Assembly (NCBI RefSeq): GCF_963676685.1
Contig: NC_092353.1
Span: forward strand, 29,698,001 to 29,762,000
DNA: 64,000 nt
Direction: 5' to 3'
Source of the DNA: Mytilus edulis
Lineage: Eukaryota
Shown: piece after piece, positions 23,076-38,200 of the stretch
Layout of the letters: each line of letters begins with the position of its first letter
Position numbering within the stretch: position 1 is the stretch's first letter
The notes under the pieces: generated by a model
Database searches by the model: none
Told to the model about the DNA's origin: nothing
Seen by the model: the letters and a program-made list of their open reading frames with translations, nothing else
Made by a program: the position numbers and the translations under genes

Positions 23076-23170
23076 CTTTATTAATTAGTATTTACTCCAT
23101 CAGCAACCTGTACATCTACCAAGATCTCGTCCTCTGGTGTGTCTGAAAATGTCTGCAAGTCGGTAGGTAA
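23076..23170 (-). other. Probable 5' UTR exon of the POPDC gene
   Basis: Donor AAG|gtatgt at 23076/23075 would pair with acceptor tttcag at 21225, just upstream of the ATG. The 5' end is uncertain. Confidence 0.4.
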
Positions 23171-23714
23171 GGAAAGACAACCATACTTTTTGATTGATTG
23201 AAATATGCGACAGCTTAAACATATTGAAATAAAACCAATATACTGAATATTTCTAGTTTAATTTTACGTGAATAAACAGATTGATCAGTTTATGTCGGTA
23301 TAGCATATAATACCAATAGTGGTCACAGTATTCCATGTTTGAAATAGACAAACTTTCATTATGCTAAAAATGTAACGGTGCTTCTATACAAAATATAAAA
23401 TCTTCTATTTGATAGCTTTTTTATTCTAGAGACATTTACAAGGATCCAGTACTGAAGATGTAACCAGGGACGCGATGGTACTTTATCAGTTGTGAAATCA
23501 CGATATTTTGGGCAGGTACTGATAGAGACGTAGAGAGGCAAATTTGAATTGTCAAAACTGCATACTCAGAAAATCGAAGTGCATGATTCCACATAATTGG
23601 TCATAATATGTTCCTCCTATCTGTTGGAGTTCATTTGTATATTTTTCTAACTTTTGAGCAATCAAAGGGAGGATATGAAAATATATTGGTCATTACTGAT
23701 CATTTTACACTCAA

Positions 23715-24860
23715 TCTATACCTTCGAAAACCCAGTCCGCCACGGCTAGAGCATTATGGGAAAAGTTATGGGGCGTTATTATGAGAGTAAGGTTATTCAG
23801 GAACTGTGCAGACTTGGCGGCCTAAACATATCGTCGTATCACTTGCGAGGGAACGGTCAGTGCGAGCGGTTTAACCAAAGCTTAATACACATGATGGGTA
23901 CTCATGATGAGGATTAAAAAATCCAATTGAAAAGTGTATGTTGCACCACTGGATAGAACATCCTTATAAAGCAACAAAACACGAAACAACTAGATACAGC
24001 CCATGTTATTGGTTGGCTTTAAATTTATAGGGTTGTAAAAGCGTTGACCGTGCGCACATTTATAGAATGAAGCGCTTCCGCGCTTCATACAAAATGTATT
24101 TCGGTCAACGCTTTTACACCCCAATAAATTACAAAAAGAAGCATTCAATTCTTAAAATAAAATAACAAAAAAGCATTATAAACAAGAAAATACGATTTGA
24201 GAGTACTCGCAGTTACTGACAGCTAGTTAAAAGCCAAAAACAATTAATAATAAAAAATCATGCATCAGAGACTAAAATCAACATCTGGGATCCCAGGGAT
24301 TTAGTTTTTTAACGTCATAAACAGTCAGAGAAGTCACGACTTGTGCAATGCCAAAAATAAATGTAGGTAGTAGGATAGTGAGGAGCGACTTCTATAGAGA
24401 TGAAAATTAACGTGTCTGTGTCTCTATACATCCCGCCTCAAAAGAAGATACAATTTAGTTATGTTTTAATTTGCTAGTGACAAAATCGATATTAGTGCCA
24501 ATGTAAACTATATTCAGAGATCTAATTACAATATTGGTACGATAACCCTTACTTATAAGTTTGTTTATATAATAAGATAGAAACATGATCGAGCTCGGAA
24601 GACGGTCCATAGAAATATGGTTCTTCCTATTACTTCTATTCCCAGTGTAAACCCTCAGTGTAGTGAGAACTGAAGAACTATTGTCCATTTAAATCAGTTT
24701 AAGAAGATGAGATTTTAGACTGTGATAGGACAGCGGATGATCAGGTTGTTTCAAATGATTTGTCTTAGAATTCAGATTCAGATTCAGAAGAAGAGCGTTA
24801 GTTCATAAATGCCAGAAGCTTCATGTACAAGTACCCGGACACGTCCACTCTGTTAGATCT
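23715..24860 (+). mobile_element. Decayed Ty3/Gypsy integrase remnant split by later insertions
   Basis: 23715-24010 reads ESKVIQELC..YH..GNGQCERFNQSLIHMMGT..ATKHETT.YSP. About 24590 reads RKTVHRNMVLPI (post-integrase motif). Confidence 0.65.
24020..24155. mobile_element. Foldback terminus of an abundant non-autonomous element
   Basis: Long internal inverted repeat (tgtaaaagcgttgaccg / cggtcaacgcttttaca). Further copies at ~27330-27680, 32616-32684 + 35206-35510 and ~37740. Confidence 0.7.
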
Positions 24861-27059
24861 ATTTCCATTTGTATCAATTTGAGGAGATAAAAAAAATGAT
24901 TTTTATAGTTTGTTCTTATGTTGTACTGTTACACCACTGTCCAAGGTTAAGTGAGTGTTAGGGTACCGCTAATATGTTTAACCCCATCACGTTATGTATG
25001 TATGTATCACTGTGCCTGTCCCAAGTCAGGGGCCTGTAGTTCAGTGGTTGTCGGTTGCAGCTTTGTTACATAATTGTTTTCCAGTAATTTTTTTGTTCAT
25101 CTTTAGACCGTTGGTTTTCTCGTTTGAAATGTTTAACATTTTTTCATTTCGGTGCCTTTGACAGCTGACTTTACGTTATGTGCTTCGCTTATTGTAGGCC
25201 GTACGGTGACCTATTATTGTTAATTACTGTGTCATTTGGTCTCTTGTGAAGAGTTTTCTCATTGGCAATCATACCACGTCTTCTTTTTATACAACACACA
25301 CACATTTAGACGTCTTGTAGAGGAAACGTTTCAAAAGGCAAAGTTAGGTATAAAACACAACGTGTCGTGTCTGGAGGGAAAATGGAAACCTTTTGCAAAT
25401 ATGCATATGATGAACTTAAAGATATAGACAGTTTGAAAATTGTGAATACCGGATATTGTTTTTTTTTAGAAGGAAATCGTATATTGAATTATGAAGAATA
25501 TTTTTTTCGAAGAATGGTTGGTTTCATAACTTATTGAGACTTTAGAGTATTATTATAGATACAGGGACCAAATCAAAAAGTATAAATTGAAAGGTCTTCT
25601 TTGCTATTATAACAACTATGAGTTTCTGTCTTTGAAATTTAAATATATTGTCTATTGAAAAGGCAGGTCAATAAGATATGATAGTGCATACGAAGAGATG
25701 CAGCTAGAACTAAACTCTTTTCTACATGATGTGAATAATTTTTATAACAGAATTTGATTATACAAATCATGTTATCATCCCATTTTTTCATTCTCCTGTA
25801 CATACATTTTTGATATTTTATTTGTATGTACATTGTATTGCAATGCCTTGATTTTCTGTCGTTGCTATATATGGTAAAGAGGCTTTTGACGCATGCGCAT
25901 CTAGTTACCCTAAATTTCAAAAGTATTATGGGTTTGACATGTTAGTGTCGAGACGAAACTTTCCGGAAGAGGGTGTGTGTGTGCCACCGTTTATATGTAT
26001 TCAAAATATTTCGCTCCATTCATTAAGAAATAAATGTCATTAGTGTTTTCAGTTTAATATGTTTCACATCATAATCATATTTCATATTCATATGCTTATT
26101 CCACTTGACAATTGAACGCACATAGTTTTGCGCTGCGTATTTAGAAACAGACTATAGCTTTGTATGTTATGTTTGGCCATTAGTACCGAACATTTAAATC
26201 AAATCATAGTATTTAAATCAGTACTATTGAAATTGAATTCGATACTAAATTAACATTTAAATGATATACATGTATATTCGAATGGCATGCGCTAAGCATG
26301 AACTCAAAGCGCGGCAATACTCACCATATACATTATATACTAATAAGCACGTTTTATGATGAGAGTCTCGGCTACAGGTACTTGTAAATCTATTTATTCT
26401 TTTGTTATATCTCTATGTTTCCATTAAAGGATATACCTATTTTCGTATTTCAAATATAGTATTCAGTTTGGCTCGAAAGCCGCATTTTCAAATTTGGTAA
26501 ATATATATCAGGAAATGTCGGATTCAAGCACCGTTGCATGTGAATATTTAGTGACTCTATATCTTCACCCAGTTGGTAATAGATTTGGTGTCCAAATTTC
26601 CTGCGACAGTGAATATGGATCAAAATATTAACTTTGCAGGTCTCTCAGTGTCTATCTTGTCTACCGCATTTCTAAATTGACCATTGCTTGGTTTAACAAA
26701 GACTGACGGACAATCATTAATTTGTAGTGTTAAGTTTGATTTAACATTATCTGCAATTAATTCGGACTATTTTATGTTGCACCACTATATCATATTTTTG
26801 TAATGCCCCGCATCCCTAGCGATTTGATCCAAAAACAAATGAAAAAATAGTGCAAAAGTAGGCGATGACGCGGTATCTTGAATGGTTGGATATGGTTTCC
26901 TTCCTATAATTAACGACAAGATTAAATAGCAATCATTGTTTAAAGATAAGATGTATAGAGTCTTTTTAAATCATAAGGTTCTTATTTCTGAAACAAACAG
27001 TTTCATAAATAGACGATATTTTGTTGCGATGACAGATATGTTTGTCGATGCTTATCGGT

Positions 27060-27252
27060 CATTAGACCGTTGGTTTTCCCGTTTGAATGGTTTTACACTA
27101 GTAATTTTGGGGCCCTTTATAGCTTGTTGTTCGGTGTGAGCCAAGGCTCCGTGTTGAAGGCCGTACTTTAACCTATAATGGTTTACTTTTCAAATTGTTA
27201 TTTGTATGGAGAGTTGTCTCATTGGCACTCACACCACATCTTCCTATATCTA
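27060..27252 (+). repeat. Dispersed repeat family (3' end ..ggagagttgtctcattggcactc.caccacatctt..tatatct)
   Basis: Similar copies at ~25100-25290, 31480-31655 and 63685-63735. Confidence 0.7.
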
Positions 27253-28123
27253 TTCAATTTGCATGTTCCATAACTTGTAGTAATGAAACACTGTAAATAA
27301 ATATAATGTTTCAAGTAAAGTGGTCGTTATTTAAGAATAGAAGGCTTCTTTTTGTAAATGTATTAGGTGTAAAAGCATTGACCGAAGTACGTTTCATTCT
27401 AAGATGTGCGCACAGTTAACACTTTTACAACCATATAAAATTACTATAAGAAGCATGCAATACTAATAATAACATTTTTTTGTTAAGATCATGATTTTCA
27501 AAACACGATTTATATCAAGGTTTTCTTTTATTTACCTGTGCACTTTATTGTGGAAGTTTGTGTTATCACGAATGTTACATTTCATTTTGAAATGAAGGTC
27601 AATTTCTAAAAGACACGAGATTACTGTTAACCAATCAAAATAACGTATCATAATGAAACATACATGTAATGTAATTATATGGATATGATGACGAGATATA
27701 GATATAAACCCTGCTTTTGTACATAACAGACACACTGAACCGGACTTTAAACTTTCTATATAGTTCACAAGATATCTGTCTTTGACTCTGAGTTAACCAA
27801 TCTTTTCTCCTACTCTATTTTACGCGTTCTAAGCGGAAGAGCAGATTTAAATTTTCCAATCTTTGTTTCGAACTAGCGACCTTACACTAAAACAAAGAAC
27901 CCTACTATGAGATATAACAATGAGTCAACATCAAATGTCAAACTCTAAATCAGTCAATTCTAGAAAACAAAATAAAGGAATTTAGCATAGAAACTACCAC
28001 AGGTCTTTTACTCAAAGACCACAACTTTGTTTCTCAACATATTCAACTACATGAAAAGGTACAGAAAATCCATTTATTTCATACGAAATCAGTAAATGGT
28101 AATAAGAATTTCTAAATTTCATA

Positions 28124-28164
28124 GGTCCGAAGCGGTTTCTGTGCTCACCTTCATCAAGAACGCT
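28124..28164 (-). ncRNA. Degenerate hammerhead of a second family
   Basis: Minus strand reads gcguuc-UUGAUGA-aggugagcaca-GAAA-ccgcuuc-ggac. Core C3 is mutated. Related to 62869-62912. Confidence 0.4.
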
Positions 28165-29087
28165 ATAATATTAATCAAAAGTTTGAAAACCAGTCATGTT
28201 TAAAATTCGAAAAGCTTTAGGATCAAAAGTAACCTAAAAATGAAAGACGAAATCATCTATGATCAACTTTGCCTCTTAGTTTCTAAAAAACTACAACATT
28301 TCGCAATCAAAACTTTAAGAATATATATTTATACCATGACATTTGTTTTTCAATGAAAAAATGTGACAATTGTTAACCTTTTAGTTTTTGTATAAATACC
28401 TTAGCAATGGTCCTAAGATATAATTAAGGGTACAGGAACAAATGGAGTTCGGTGTAATTGTCAATAACACAGACAGTTCGTTTGAGTACAGTTCAGAATA
28501 TGTTTCTGTACTTGCTGCTTATTATTGTATCTTACATATCAGCATTTCCCTTCACAAGTACGTCAGAATATTGGACTCCTACATGTACCTGTATGGTGTT
28601 CACGACCAGACCTATTGTTATACAAACAAACTTTACAATATATGTCAATATGTCTTGAGTTCAATAAAGGTAAAATTAGGGCATAATGATAACAATTCAA
28701 TGTCACACCTCTTCTTCAATAATAATTCAGACAACGGTGAAATTCGTACGTTAAAATGGACGGATTGACACATAGGTCGTGTTTGTCATAGGTGATCTTG
28801 CTCGGTGAGGGTACTTCAGTTACAAATTTTATCAAAATATGACTTGTACTAATTCCACTACAATTCCATACCAAACGCATTTGATTGAATTAGAGGCCTT
28901 AAATGGGGGTTAACTGGATTAAATACTGTCCGATTAGTCGACGTTAAACATAAAACCCATTAGTTTATAATTGAATGAAATCAATTTACTTTAACTTCGA
29001 TATGTTACTAATTTAAGACAACAGTAACGTTAATTCATGCACACAGACCCCTATGGTCACTATTTTCTTTAATCTTTGTTTATTGGT

Positions 29088-29094
29088 TATAAAA
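29088..29094 (+). promoter_or_regulatory. Probable TATA box of the ShKT-mucin gene
   Basis: TATAAAA 115 bp upstream of the signal-peptide ATG at 29203. Confidence 0.5.
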
Positions 29095-29202
29095 GATCGA
29101 TGCACTATCTTTCACATTAATACAGTTCATGATCCCAATACAGAACAGTGCAGTTCCTCCAATATAAGGTCTCTGTAAGCAGCTCATGGTTCATGGTTTA
29201 AA

Positions 29203-32200
29203 ATGTTTTCGATTATTTTAGTATTGCTTGCAGCGGTATCGTTAGTTAATGGAGCTACTATAGGTGTTTCGGATGCTACTACTGAAATGTATGCTAGTAC
29301 TATGCCAGGTTTGTATAGATATGATTATATAGTGTGAACAGTTAATGACAGTCAGGCAACCAAATTATGTGGTTCATGTTTTACTATATTTTTTGGCTCA
29401 CAAAGTCAAATATAAAACTTGTAATTTCACAGAACCAAATCCAAAAGTTGTAATCCCCTGTCGATAACTTGAGAAAATGTTTAGAAAAGTTTAACTAAAG
29501 TTTCATTTACCTCGGGAATAGATAACCTTACATTTTGACTATTATATATTGGACACTTTTTGTCATATAGCTCTCAACGTTTTTACGAAGTTTTACATCC
29601 TTGGCTTTCGAATGCTTAGGTCTGAGCGTTCAGATAAAGTACTACTTTAATCGTAAAACCTGCAATGGATTTAAATATCGAGAGTCTATATAATAAAATT
29701 AACATAAATTTGGGAGTTTTAGATACTTCAATTAAATACAAATGTTATTTAGCTAGAATCTTTTGGTAAAATTTTGCAACGACGGACATCTTTATTTCAA
29801 ATAAATTTACCTATATTCGTTAAACAATAATATTTTAACTTCGAGTAGATTTTTGAATTTGGTAACAAATGTTTTCTTATAAACTCAAAATTTGGCAAAG
29901 TGGTGGTATTGGTCTGTCTTTGGGTTTTAATAAGTTCGCCATGAATCTGTGATACTGTAAATACTTCAGTAAAAGATAAAAAAAAAAAAAAAAAAAAAAA
30001 CCTGGAAGCAGGTAAAAATACACCTTCCCGTACCGACCTGTTTGTGTTCAATATATTAAAGCTACAAGATATATGAAAAATTTAAATCATGATTTTTTTT
30101 TGTTTGTTCAGTCATTAATGAAAGTGAAATAAAGAAATAATAATTCGCTTTTAGCATCTAGTATGGTTCAATTTGATCAAAATAAGCTAAGAAACATCGA
30201 TGATAAATTATTCACTCGCAAGCGAATAATCGACCTCATTGAATCTGTATTCATGCGAACTTCAATTTAACTACCCTTAGCTAGAGATGGATTACGCATG
30301 ATTCTTGCGTGTTCGGTTAGTAAAAGAAAAGAACGTCAAAATTAAAAGTGAAACAAAGATAAATCATATTATTGACTGATTCATTCCACAAAAGAATCAT
30401 CCTTATTCAGGTAAAATCGAAAATAAACTTATGATTTAACCTAAAACAGGGAATTAAACAGACATAGAAAAATCTAATTGCAAAAGGTTGCTATCTATTT
30501 GTATTAATGTTTATGTTTATCTCGATAGTTAACTAGATGACGTCTGGACTAGAACACACATGAAATTCTGATGTATTTTATATAGTATATGCAATTTGTG
30601 ATTATCTAAAACTTATTATAATTTGGATCTGTGTTTTAGTAGGTTATAAATCAAATATGAGAATTTGAGTTAAATCGGTGAACACGATTTTGACAGCTAG
30701 TTTTATTAGTACTATGTCTTTAACCTTTCAACAGTTGCTATGAGATAATTTATGTTTTTTTGTCTTCAGAATGCAGCGACAAATTAGACAGCTGCTTTGA
30801 TTTCAGCGATGGATCTTGTGTAGGAAGATATGCACCATGGGCCAGAGAAAATTGTGCTTACAGATGTGGTTATTGTCCAGGTATAAACTTACGTGAAAGA
30901 AAAATTTGTTTGTTCGATATAATTGTTGAATATTGGCCTTCTAGGCCTTTTTTTCTTTTTAATATTTAAGATAGTTAGGCAATGAAATCCTAACATAGGA
31001 ATTTAGACAATGACATCCTAACATAGGAATTCCAGTTACAAGTATTTGCATTTTCTTTATTGTTCCACTTAGGTTACCACCCAGTAAGCCAACGTTTTTG
31101 TATCTTCTTTATTTAAAAGATTCTTTTTGTCTGCTTATTTGCAGATCATTAAGACACCAACAGGGATAGATGGTGGTTTTGAGAGCTTTTTTTAAATTTT
31201 TGTTTTTGTATTCTCCGTCGTTTATAATATATGTCCTTGTCCATAGTTTATGTCTCGAGCGTACTGGATGGGGCTAATTCCAGAGACGCAAATAATGCAT
31301 AGGTTATCACGCTATATATTTGTAATACCAATGTTCATTGTTGATGCTAGATTGTCGTATAAGTATTCCAACATCATACTACAATGCTGTACGAATCTCA
31401 GAATTTATTGGATAATGATGGTGACAAACAAGTAACCAGTGATTTTTCAATCGATCTCTATGTCAAACTATAGCTTTTTTCTATTTGAATGGTTTTACAC
31501 TAGTCATTTTGGGCCCCTTATAGCTTGATGTTCGGTGTGAGCCAAGGCTCCGTGTTGAAGGCCGTACTTTAAATGATGGTTTACTTTTTCTACAAATTGT
31601 AACGTGGATAGAGAGTTGTCTCATTAGCACTCATACCAAATCTTCTAATATCTGTTAAGTTAATAGGAGGTAAACTGCATCTGACATAGAAGAAGCTTGT
31701 CTGTATCCTCATATACTAAGCATCTACATTGAACATACAATCCAATTGTACCTGGCTACAACGCTCTTTATATTTTTTTTTATTTTTTCAAGTGCAAAGT
31801 TCATAACTAAATGAACACTATCAACGTTATAATTTTTTATATTTAAAATACAGACAATTATCCACCCTGCCAAGATCAGATAACTTATTGTAAAGAACTT
31901 GGCAGTGAAGTTTGTAACCAGAAGCAGTATGCTGGATACGTTCGTCTGAACTGCAGGGAAACTTGCAATAAATGTGAAAGTAAGTCTGACATACCGACGG
32001 TTCTACATATAAGACTAAAGTTTTACATAGAAAGAAATCATATCATCAACTGTTACAACACATATCAGCCATTATTATTAGAAAACTTTTCGTTAGTTGA
32101 AACAAATAGAATGAAATCGCAGTAAAAAGTTCTAGTAACAAAAACCTAAATACATCATATTCACTTACACAATATTACGAAAGGTAATTTGTAAAACTTG

Positions 32201-35200
32201 TACCTTGGTATAACCGGAGGATATATCTATTTTACAACATGGTATCTAATCTGATTTTGTTTTTTGTTTTAGTATTTGACCCTATTTTAAGATAATTCAT
32301 GACAAAGTACATGTAATAACACCACGGTCTATGTTTTAAAAAAATATAGAAAATATAACATAATCAACTGTAACAAACTAAGGATAGAACAAAAAATATC
32401 AACATTAATTGTTTGGTCAGCTAGAACAGTTACAGCATCTACACTTGAGTGTGTGAAATGGACAATGAAATAAAGTTTGCTTGCTTGTTAAGTAAATCTT
32501 GAAATCCATATTACGTCTTTGGATAGATCTAATCACATTTTATAGCAAATAGAAGTATACTAAGAATAGTGCAGTGTTTTTGATATACCATTTAAACTGA
32601 TATCATTTTTCAATTTAAGAACTGAATGCTTCTTTTTGTAAATTTATTGGGGTGTAAAAGCGTTGACCGAAGTACATTTTGTATCAAGATTCAAGATTCA
32701 AGATTCTTTATTTCTTAAACACCATAAAGATACAATGGTACAAAGAAGTTCATCAAAAGTCATATAACATAACACAAACACACATGACAAGATGAGATGA
32801 AAATATCAAATAATACATGATAAACAGTATAGTAAAGAAGAGTGGTGATTAACCAGGAAGACTCACTTGAAAAGTTATAACCCTGATAAATTTGCACAGC
32901 TTTTTCAACTTATTTTTAATTTTTAACTGAAATAGTTTTTCAAATTTTAGTATGTTACATCTGTGCAAGAAAAAAGTATCCAAATATTGTGCTCGAAAAT
33001 TTGCCAAAGAACTACACTGCAAAGTGTAATGAAATTCATCACCAATCTCGTTACAATGACATAAGTTACAATATCTAAGGTTTCGCTCAATCTTATTCCA
33101 TCTACCAGTTTCGATGGGTAACTTATGGTTACCCGTACGAAATCTACAATATGTTATTCTATCTTTATCATTTAAAATATTCAGATATTCCTCAAATTCA
33201 AAATTTTGTTTATACAATTTGTAGGCCAAACCTTTTGGCGAACAGTCAATATCAGCTCTCCATTTCTGTTGAAACTGATCAAATAACTTTTGTTTTAAAC
33301 TAATACCCAACCACTTAGAATTAAAATTTCCTTGTGACAACCATATATTGCTGTATCCACATTTATCTAATATATCTTTAATGCATTTCAACCAATCTGA
33401 CCTAAATTGGTTGTCCGAATTTTTCAAGAACACGTATTTGTATAGTATTTTAGCAATCCTGTTATCATCCCCATTAACCATTTTTGACCAAAAATTAACC
33501 ATACGCAGCTGTATATATAAAGACATGGGATAAATACCAAGTTCACCATAAATCATAAAATTGGGTGTCGACTTCTTAAGGTTTAATAATAATTTACAAA
33601 ATTTTAGGTGCACTTTTTCTATAATATCAGTATTACTGAAACCCCAAATCTCACACCCATACAGGAGAATTGGCTTCACAATTTTATCAAAAAGATCATA
33701 TTGTGATTTCACTGACAAGTTGTGCAACCTCCCCTTTTTCAATACTTCATACATTGCTTTATTTGCTTTTCTAAAACTAAAATCTTCTTAGCACTCATAA
33801 AGCTACCTGTTCTTGAAAAATTCAACCCAAGATATGTCAATTCATTGACTATCTCCAATGCATTTCCGTCATATATAAAGTTAATATTTTGGGGTAATCT
33901 ACCACCAGAAAAAATTATAATCTTAGTTTTACTTGTGTTAACTTTTAATTTCCAGGTACTGCAATATTCAAAGAATATATCTAATTGCAACTGCAGATCG
34001 GATGCATTATCCGAAAATAACACTGTATCATCTGCGTATAATAACACAAACAGTTTTAAGTAGATATCAAACTCATTCTCTATTTCATCAGTAATACAAT
34101 TTAAGCCACATACATTTTTTTCTTCAATAAACTGTTGAAGGTCGTTCAAATACAATGAAAATAAAAAAGGAGATATATTTTCACCCTGTCTTACACCGAT
34201 ATTGCATGAAAAGTATTCTGACATTTCACCATTATACATAATACGAGATTTAATACCAGTGTACATATTAAAAATTACATTATACATTTTACCGTTAATA
34301 TCATTCACAAGTAATTTATGCCAAAGACCCTTTCTCCAAACAGTATCAAAGGCTTTAGCAAAATCTACGAATGCACAGAATAGTTTCTTTTTCTTATTTT
34401 TCATGATACTAATAAGCATGTAGATAACAAATAAATTATCTGTAGTAGAATAACCTTCTCTGAAACCAGCTTGATTCTGACATAGTAAACAAAAATCATC
34501 AGAAAATTTATTCAAACGTGAATTCAAAATAGAAGTAAATAATTTCCCAAAGCAGCTTATAACTGTTATAGGTCTAAAATTGCTAGGATCATGTTTGTTA
34601 CCTTTATTCTTAAATAAAGGTATAATATTTCCAGAAAGCCAATTTTCAGGGATAGTTCCACTGTCAAATATAATATTAAAAAGGTTCACAAACACCTGTG
34701 ACATAACACTAAAAGAGTGTTTTAAATATTCATTTACAATCATATCATCACCAGAGGATTTATTATTTTTTAACTTTCTCAAAGATTTTTCAATTTCCTC
34801 TTCTGTAATAGGTGAATTTAATATAACATTTAAATCTTTTACATTGTTCTGATTTTCTAAAACAATCTCTTCATCTTCAGAATTTCCTAAATTTAAGTTC
34901 TTAAAATAATCAAACAAAATATTAATAGGTACACATGGATTGTTTCCCCTTTTACCACCGTTCAAAATCTTCCAGTATTCTTTCGGGTTAATCGATCTTA
35001 AGTTTTCTATCTTGTGTCTAATTTTCTTTCTACGTTTACGAATGCTCTTATCCATTACTCGCTTATAACTCTTTTCTAGTTTCTTTGTTTCATTCACTCT
35101 GTGGTCAGTATGGTTTCGCTTAAGTTTTCGTCTACTAGACCGAAACTTTTTTCTAGCTTCCTTACATTCGCTATCGAACCATGGTTTTGATTTTTTTATA

Positions 35201-38200
35201 TTTTGTGTATGCAGCGCGGAAGTGCTTCATTCTAAAAATGTACGCACGGTCAACGCTTTTACAACCCTATAAAGTTACAAAAAGAAGCATTCAATACTTA
35301 TAATTACATTTTTTAGCTATGATCATGAAAACACGAATTTTATATGTTTTATTATTTAATTCACCTGTGCACTTTATTGTTGGAGCACGTGTTATCATGA
35401 GTGAAAAGTTGTATTGAGCAATGCAACTGCTTACGGAATAACACGTGATGTGCAGTTAGCCAATAAGAATAAAATATTATAATGAAACATACATCTAATG
35501 TAATTATTTATCTTTTAGTTCCTGCTTTAACCTACGTGCCTGGAAACGATACTGATGTTTTACCAACAGGTTTGTTTAAAAAAACCATTTTAGAAATTGA
35601 TTATCGAATGACATATATGACTTTGAAAAGTTCTAGATGCAAAATTTTCGATAACGCGACCTGTTAAAAACTGTGGTACTTAATTAAGTTACAGCTGTTG
35701 AACTGCCAACACTTTCGGAAGAGCTAGTAGTGCACAAAATTTATTATATCATAAACTATTGCGGTTGAAATCAGCTAGTTCTTGTTTTTGTCAATTTATA
35801 TTCTATTCCATATAGAAATGTTAAACTTAGATATTGAATGCAACTGTCAATGCACTTAGAAAACAAGTTAATACTTTTTTTCTACAAAACGTAGAAGTAT
35901 TTATTTATATTCAGTTATTACTATTGATGTATTTGTATTGCATTGTTATCTTGTATACGAAGATTAGAAAATTTGAATTGACTGATTCTAAATCAAATGT
36001 AGAACTTTGTTACAGTCAATCACACAAATGCATCATACATTTATATATAACGTTTTTCAGATCTGGTTCCTACAAAGCCAACAGGCATCAAGCCCACGGT
36101 TATTCTAACGAATGAAACCATGAATGAAACAACAGGGGAACAGACTACAGTAGGAACACCTGGTATGCATTTCGGTTACTTTAGTTACGCATATTTACGT
36201 CCTTTGGTATCTGTTAGATGGTTGTTTCTTTAGCAATCTTACCACTTTTTCTTATACTTATGTTCGTTATAGGTAGGTATAATGAAAGACAAAAAAACAG
36301 ACAAACGGTAGACTTGGAACTATAAAAAAAACAACGAACTGTATTGAAGTATACAGAGGCGGATTAGGGAGGGCAGACCCCCCCCCCCCCCACCCTTTTT
36401 GGAAAAAAAATTGGTTGCTTATATAGGGAATCACTGAAGCGTGACTGGAACGGACCCACTCTTAGGTCAGTCAGTGGGCCCCCACTTATGAAAATTTCTG
36501 GATCCGCCACTGGTATAAACACTTGAATTACCGAACATCTGTCTCCGAATAACCTTCTAGCGGAATGCAGCAATAATCACTTTTTAGTTAACACGTTGAT
36601 TATTTTAAATGGTCTATATAAATACAATATTGCATCACGATATTTTTCTTTTAACAGTTTATGGAGCAAGTTGATTGCTAATTGCTTGAATAATGAAAAT
36701 GATTTACACGTCATTCTTTTCTTCAGAATGTGGTGATAATCGTGATAACTGTTTTAACTATGCTGATGAACAATGTATAGGGAGATATGCACCATGGGCC
36801 AAAGATAACTGTGCTTATAGATGTGGTTATTGCCCAGGTATGCATTAAAAATTAAAAAAAATCAGTTTGTTTGATATTTTACATACAGCTTTAATTAAAT
36901 GAATTTAATGCAAAAGTTTAAAAGAAGGCTGACAAATGGAGTATAAGACTTATGACTATTGTGAATTTTTTATTTAATAACAGTGTTCTTTTCGTAATGA
37001 AAATGAATGCAGATAAGAGTTACATTATACAATTGTTAAGTTATACTTTTTCTTCTTCCTTGTCTCGTCTTAAAATAACATGTAGAGTATTAAATGCTTT
37101 AAACTGTGTAATTGTCAAAAGAGAGATCATGCGTTTCTGTAGTCGTACCTCACTTATTTTTTTTTTATGGCAGGACATTACCCACCTTGTGAAGACAAAA
37201 TAGATTACTGTCAACAGCTTGGAAGTGATGCCTGTACCAATAACCAGTATGCTGGATTTGTCCGTCTTAATTGTAGAAAGACTTGTGATAAATGCACAGG
37301 TAGGTTGAGGTACCAGGTAGGACAACACCCAACTTACGATAACAAAAATATAAAGTGGGTGTATATTGAGCAAATAACTATATTGAATATGATCATTTAT
37401 CGTCTTTAAACAAACATTTTTGATATATATTTTTTGTTTACTCCTAGTTGCAAAGATAGAAATACGGCATGTTTAAGGACTAATTTATTTTTAAAAAGCA
37501 GGTAAAATCATAAGTTACCCAACATGCCTGTACAGGAAAAAGACCGTCCTTGATTTGATACATTGTACTGTAATTCTTTTTTTTTTTTTTTAAGATTAAA
37601 GAATGTGTTTATCGTCTCATCTAATAAATCTATTCAAACATCGCTTTTTTTGTTATGACTAAGAGTACGCTACAGTATATCATTTTTTATTATTCTTTGC
37701 GGTTATAGTATGGTTACTGTCTCTTGACGTTTGCTGTTAATTAAGAATTGAAGGCTTCTTTTTGTTAGCTCATTGGGGTGTGAAGGCGTTGACAAAAGTA
37801 CAGTTTACAAAAAGATTTATTCAATACTTATAATTACAATTTTTAGCAAGGATCATGAAAACACGATTTTTATCAAGTTATTATTTAATTTACTTGTGAA
37901 AAATTTGGGACCTCGTGTCATCATGGATGATAAATTTTATGCACTTTTATATAATACATCAATAACAAATAATTTAAAAACAGATCGTGTTTATCTTTTC
38001 AACCATAAAGTTATGTATTTCTATCGAAAGGAAAAATACGTCCACAAATCCGTATTTTGAGGAAACATCTGAAATTTGAACCTCAATTTACTCAAAAAGT
38101 AGCACATGAAGGTATATTATTGATTACATATTTGATTTAATCAGGGAAAAAATAGCCTACATGCAAATTTTCATAAAAATTTAAATACGGGACCAAAACT

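Noticed and set aside
31073-31083. Micro-exon ag|GTTACCACCCA|gtaagc in the ShKT gene
   Set aside because: 11 nt would break the phase-1 frame between the flanking exons, and there is no support without RNA data.
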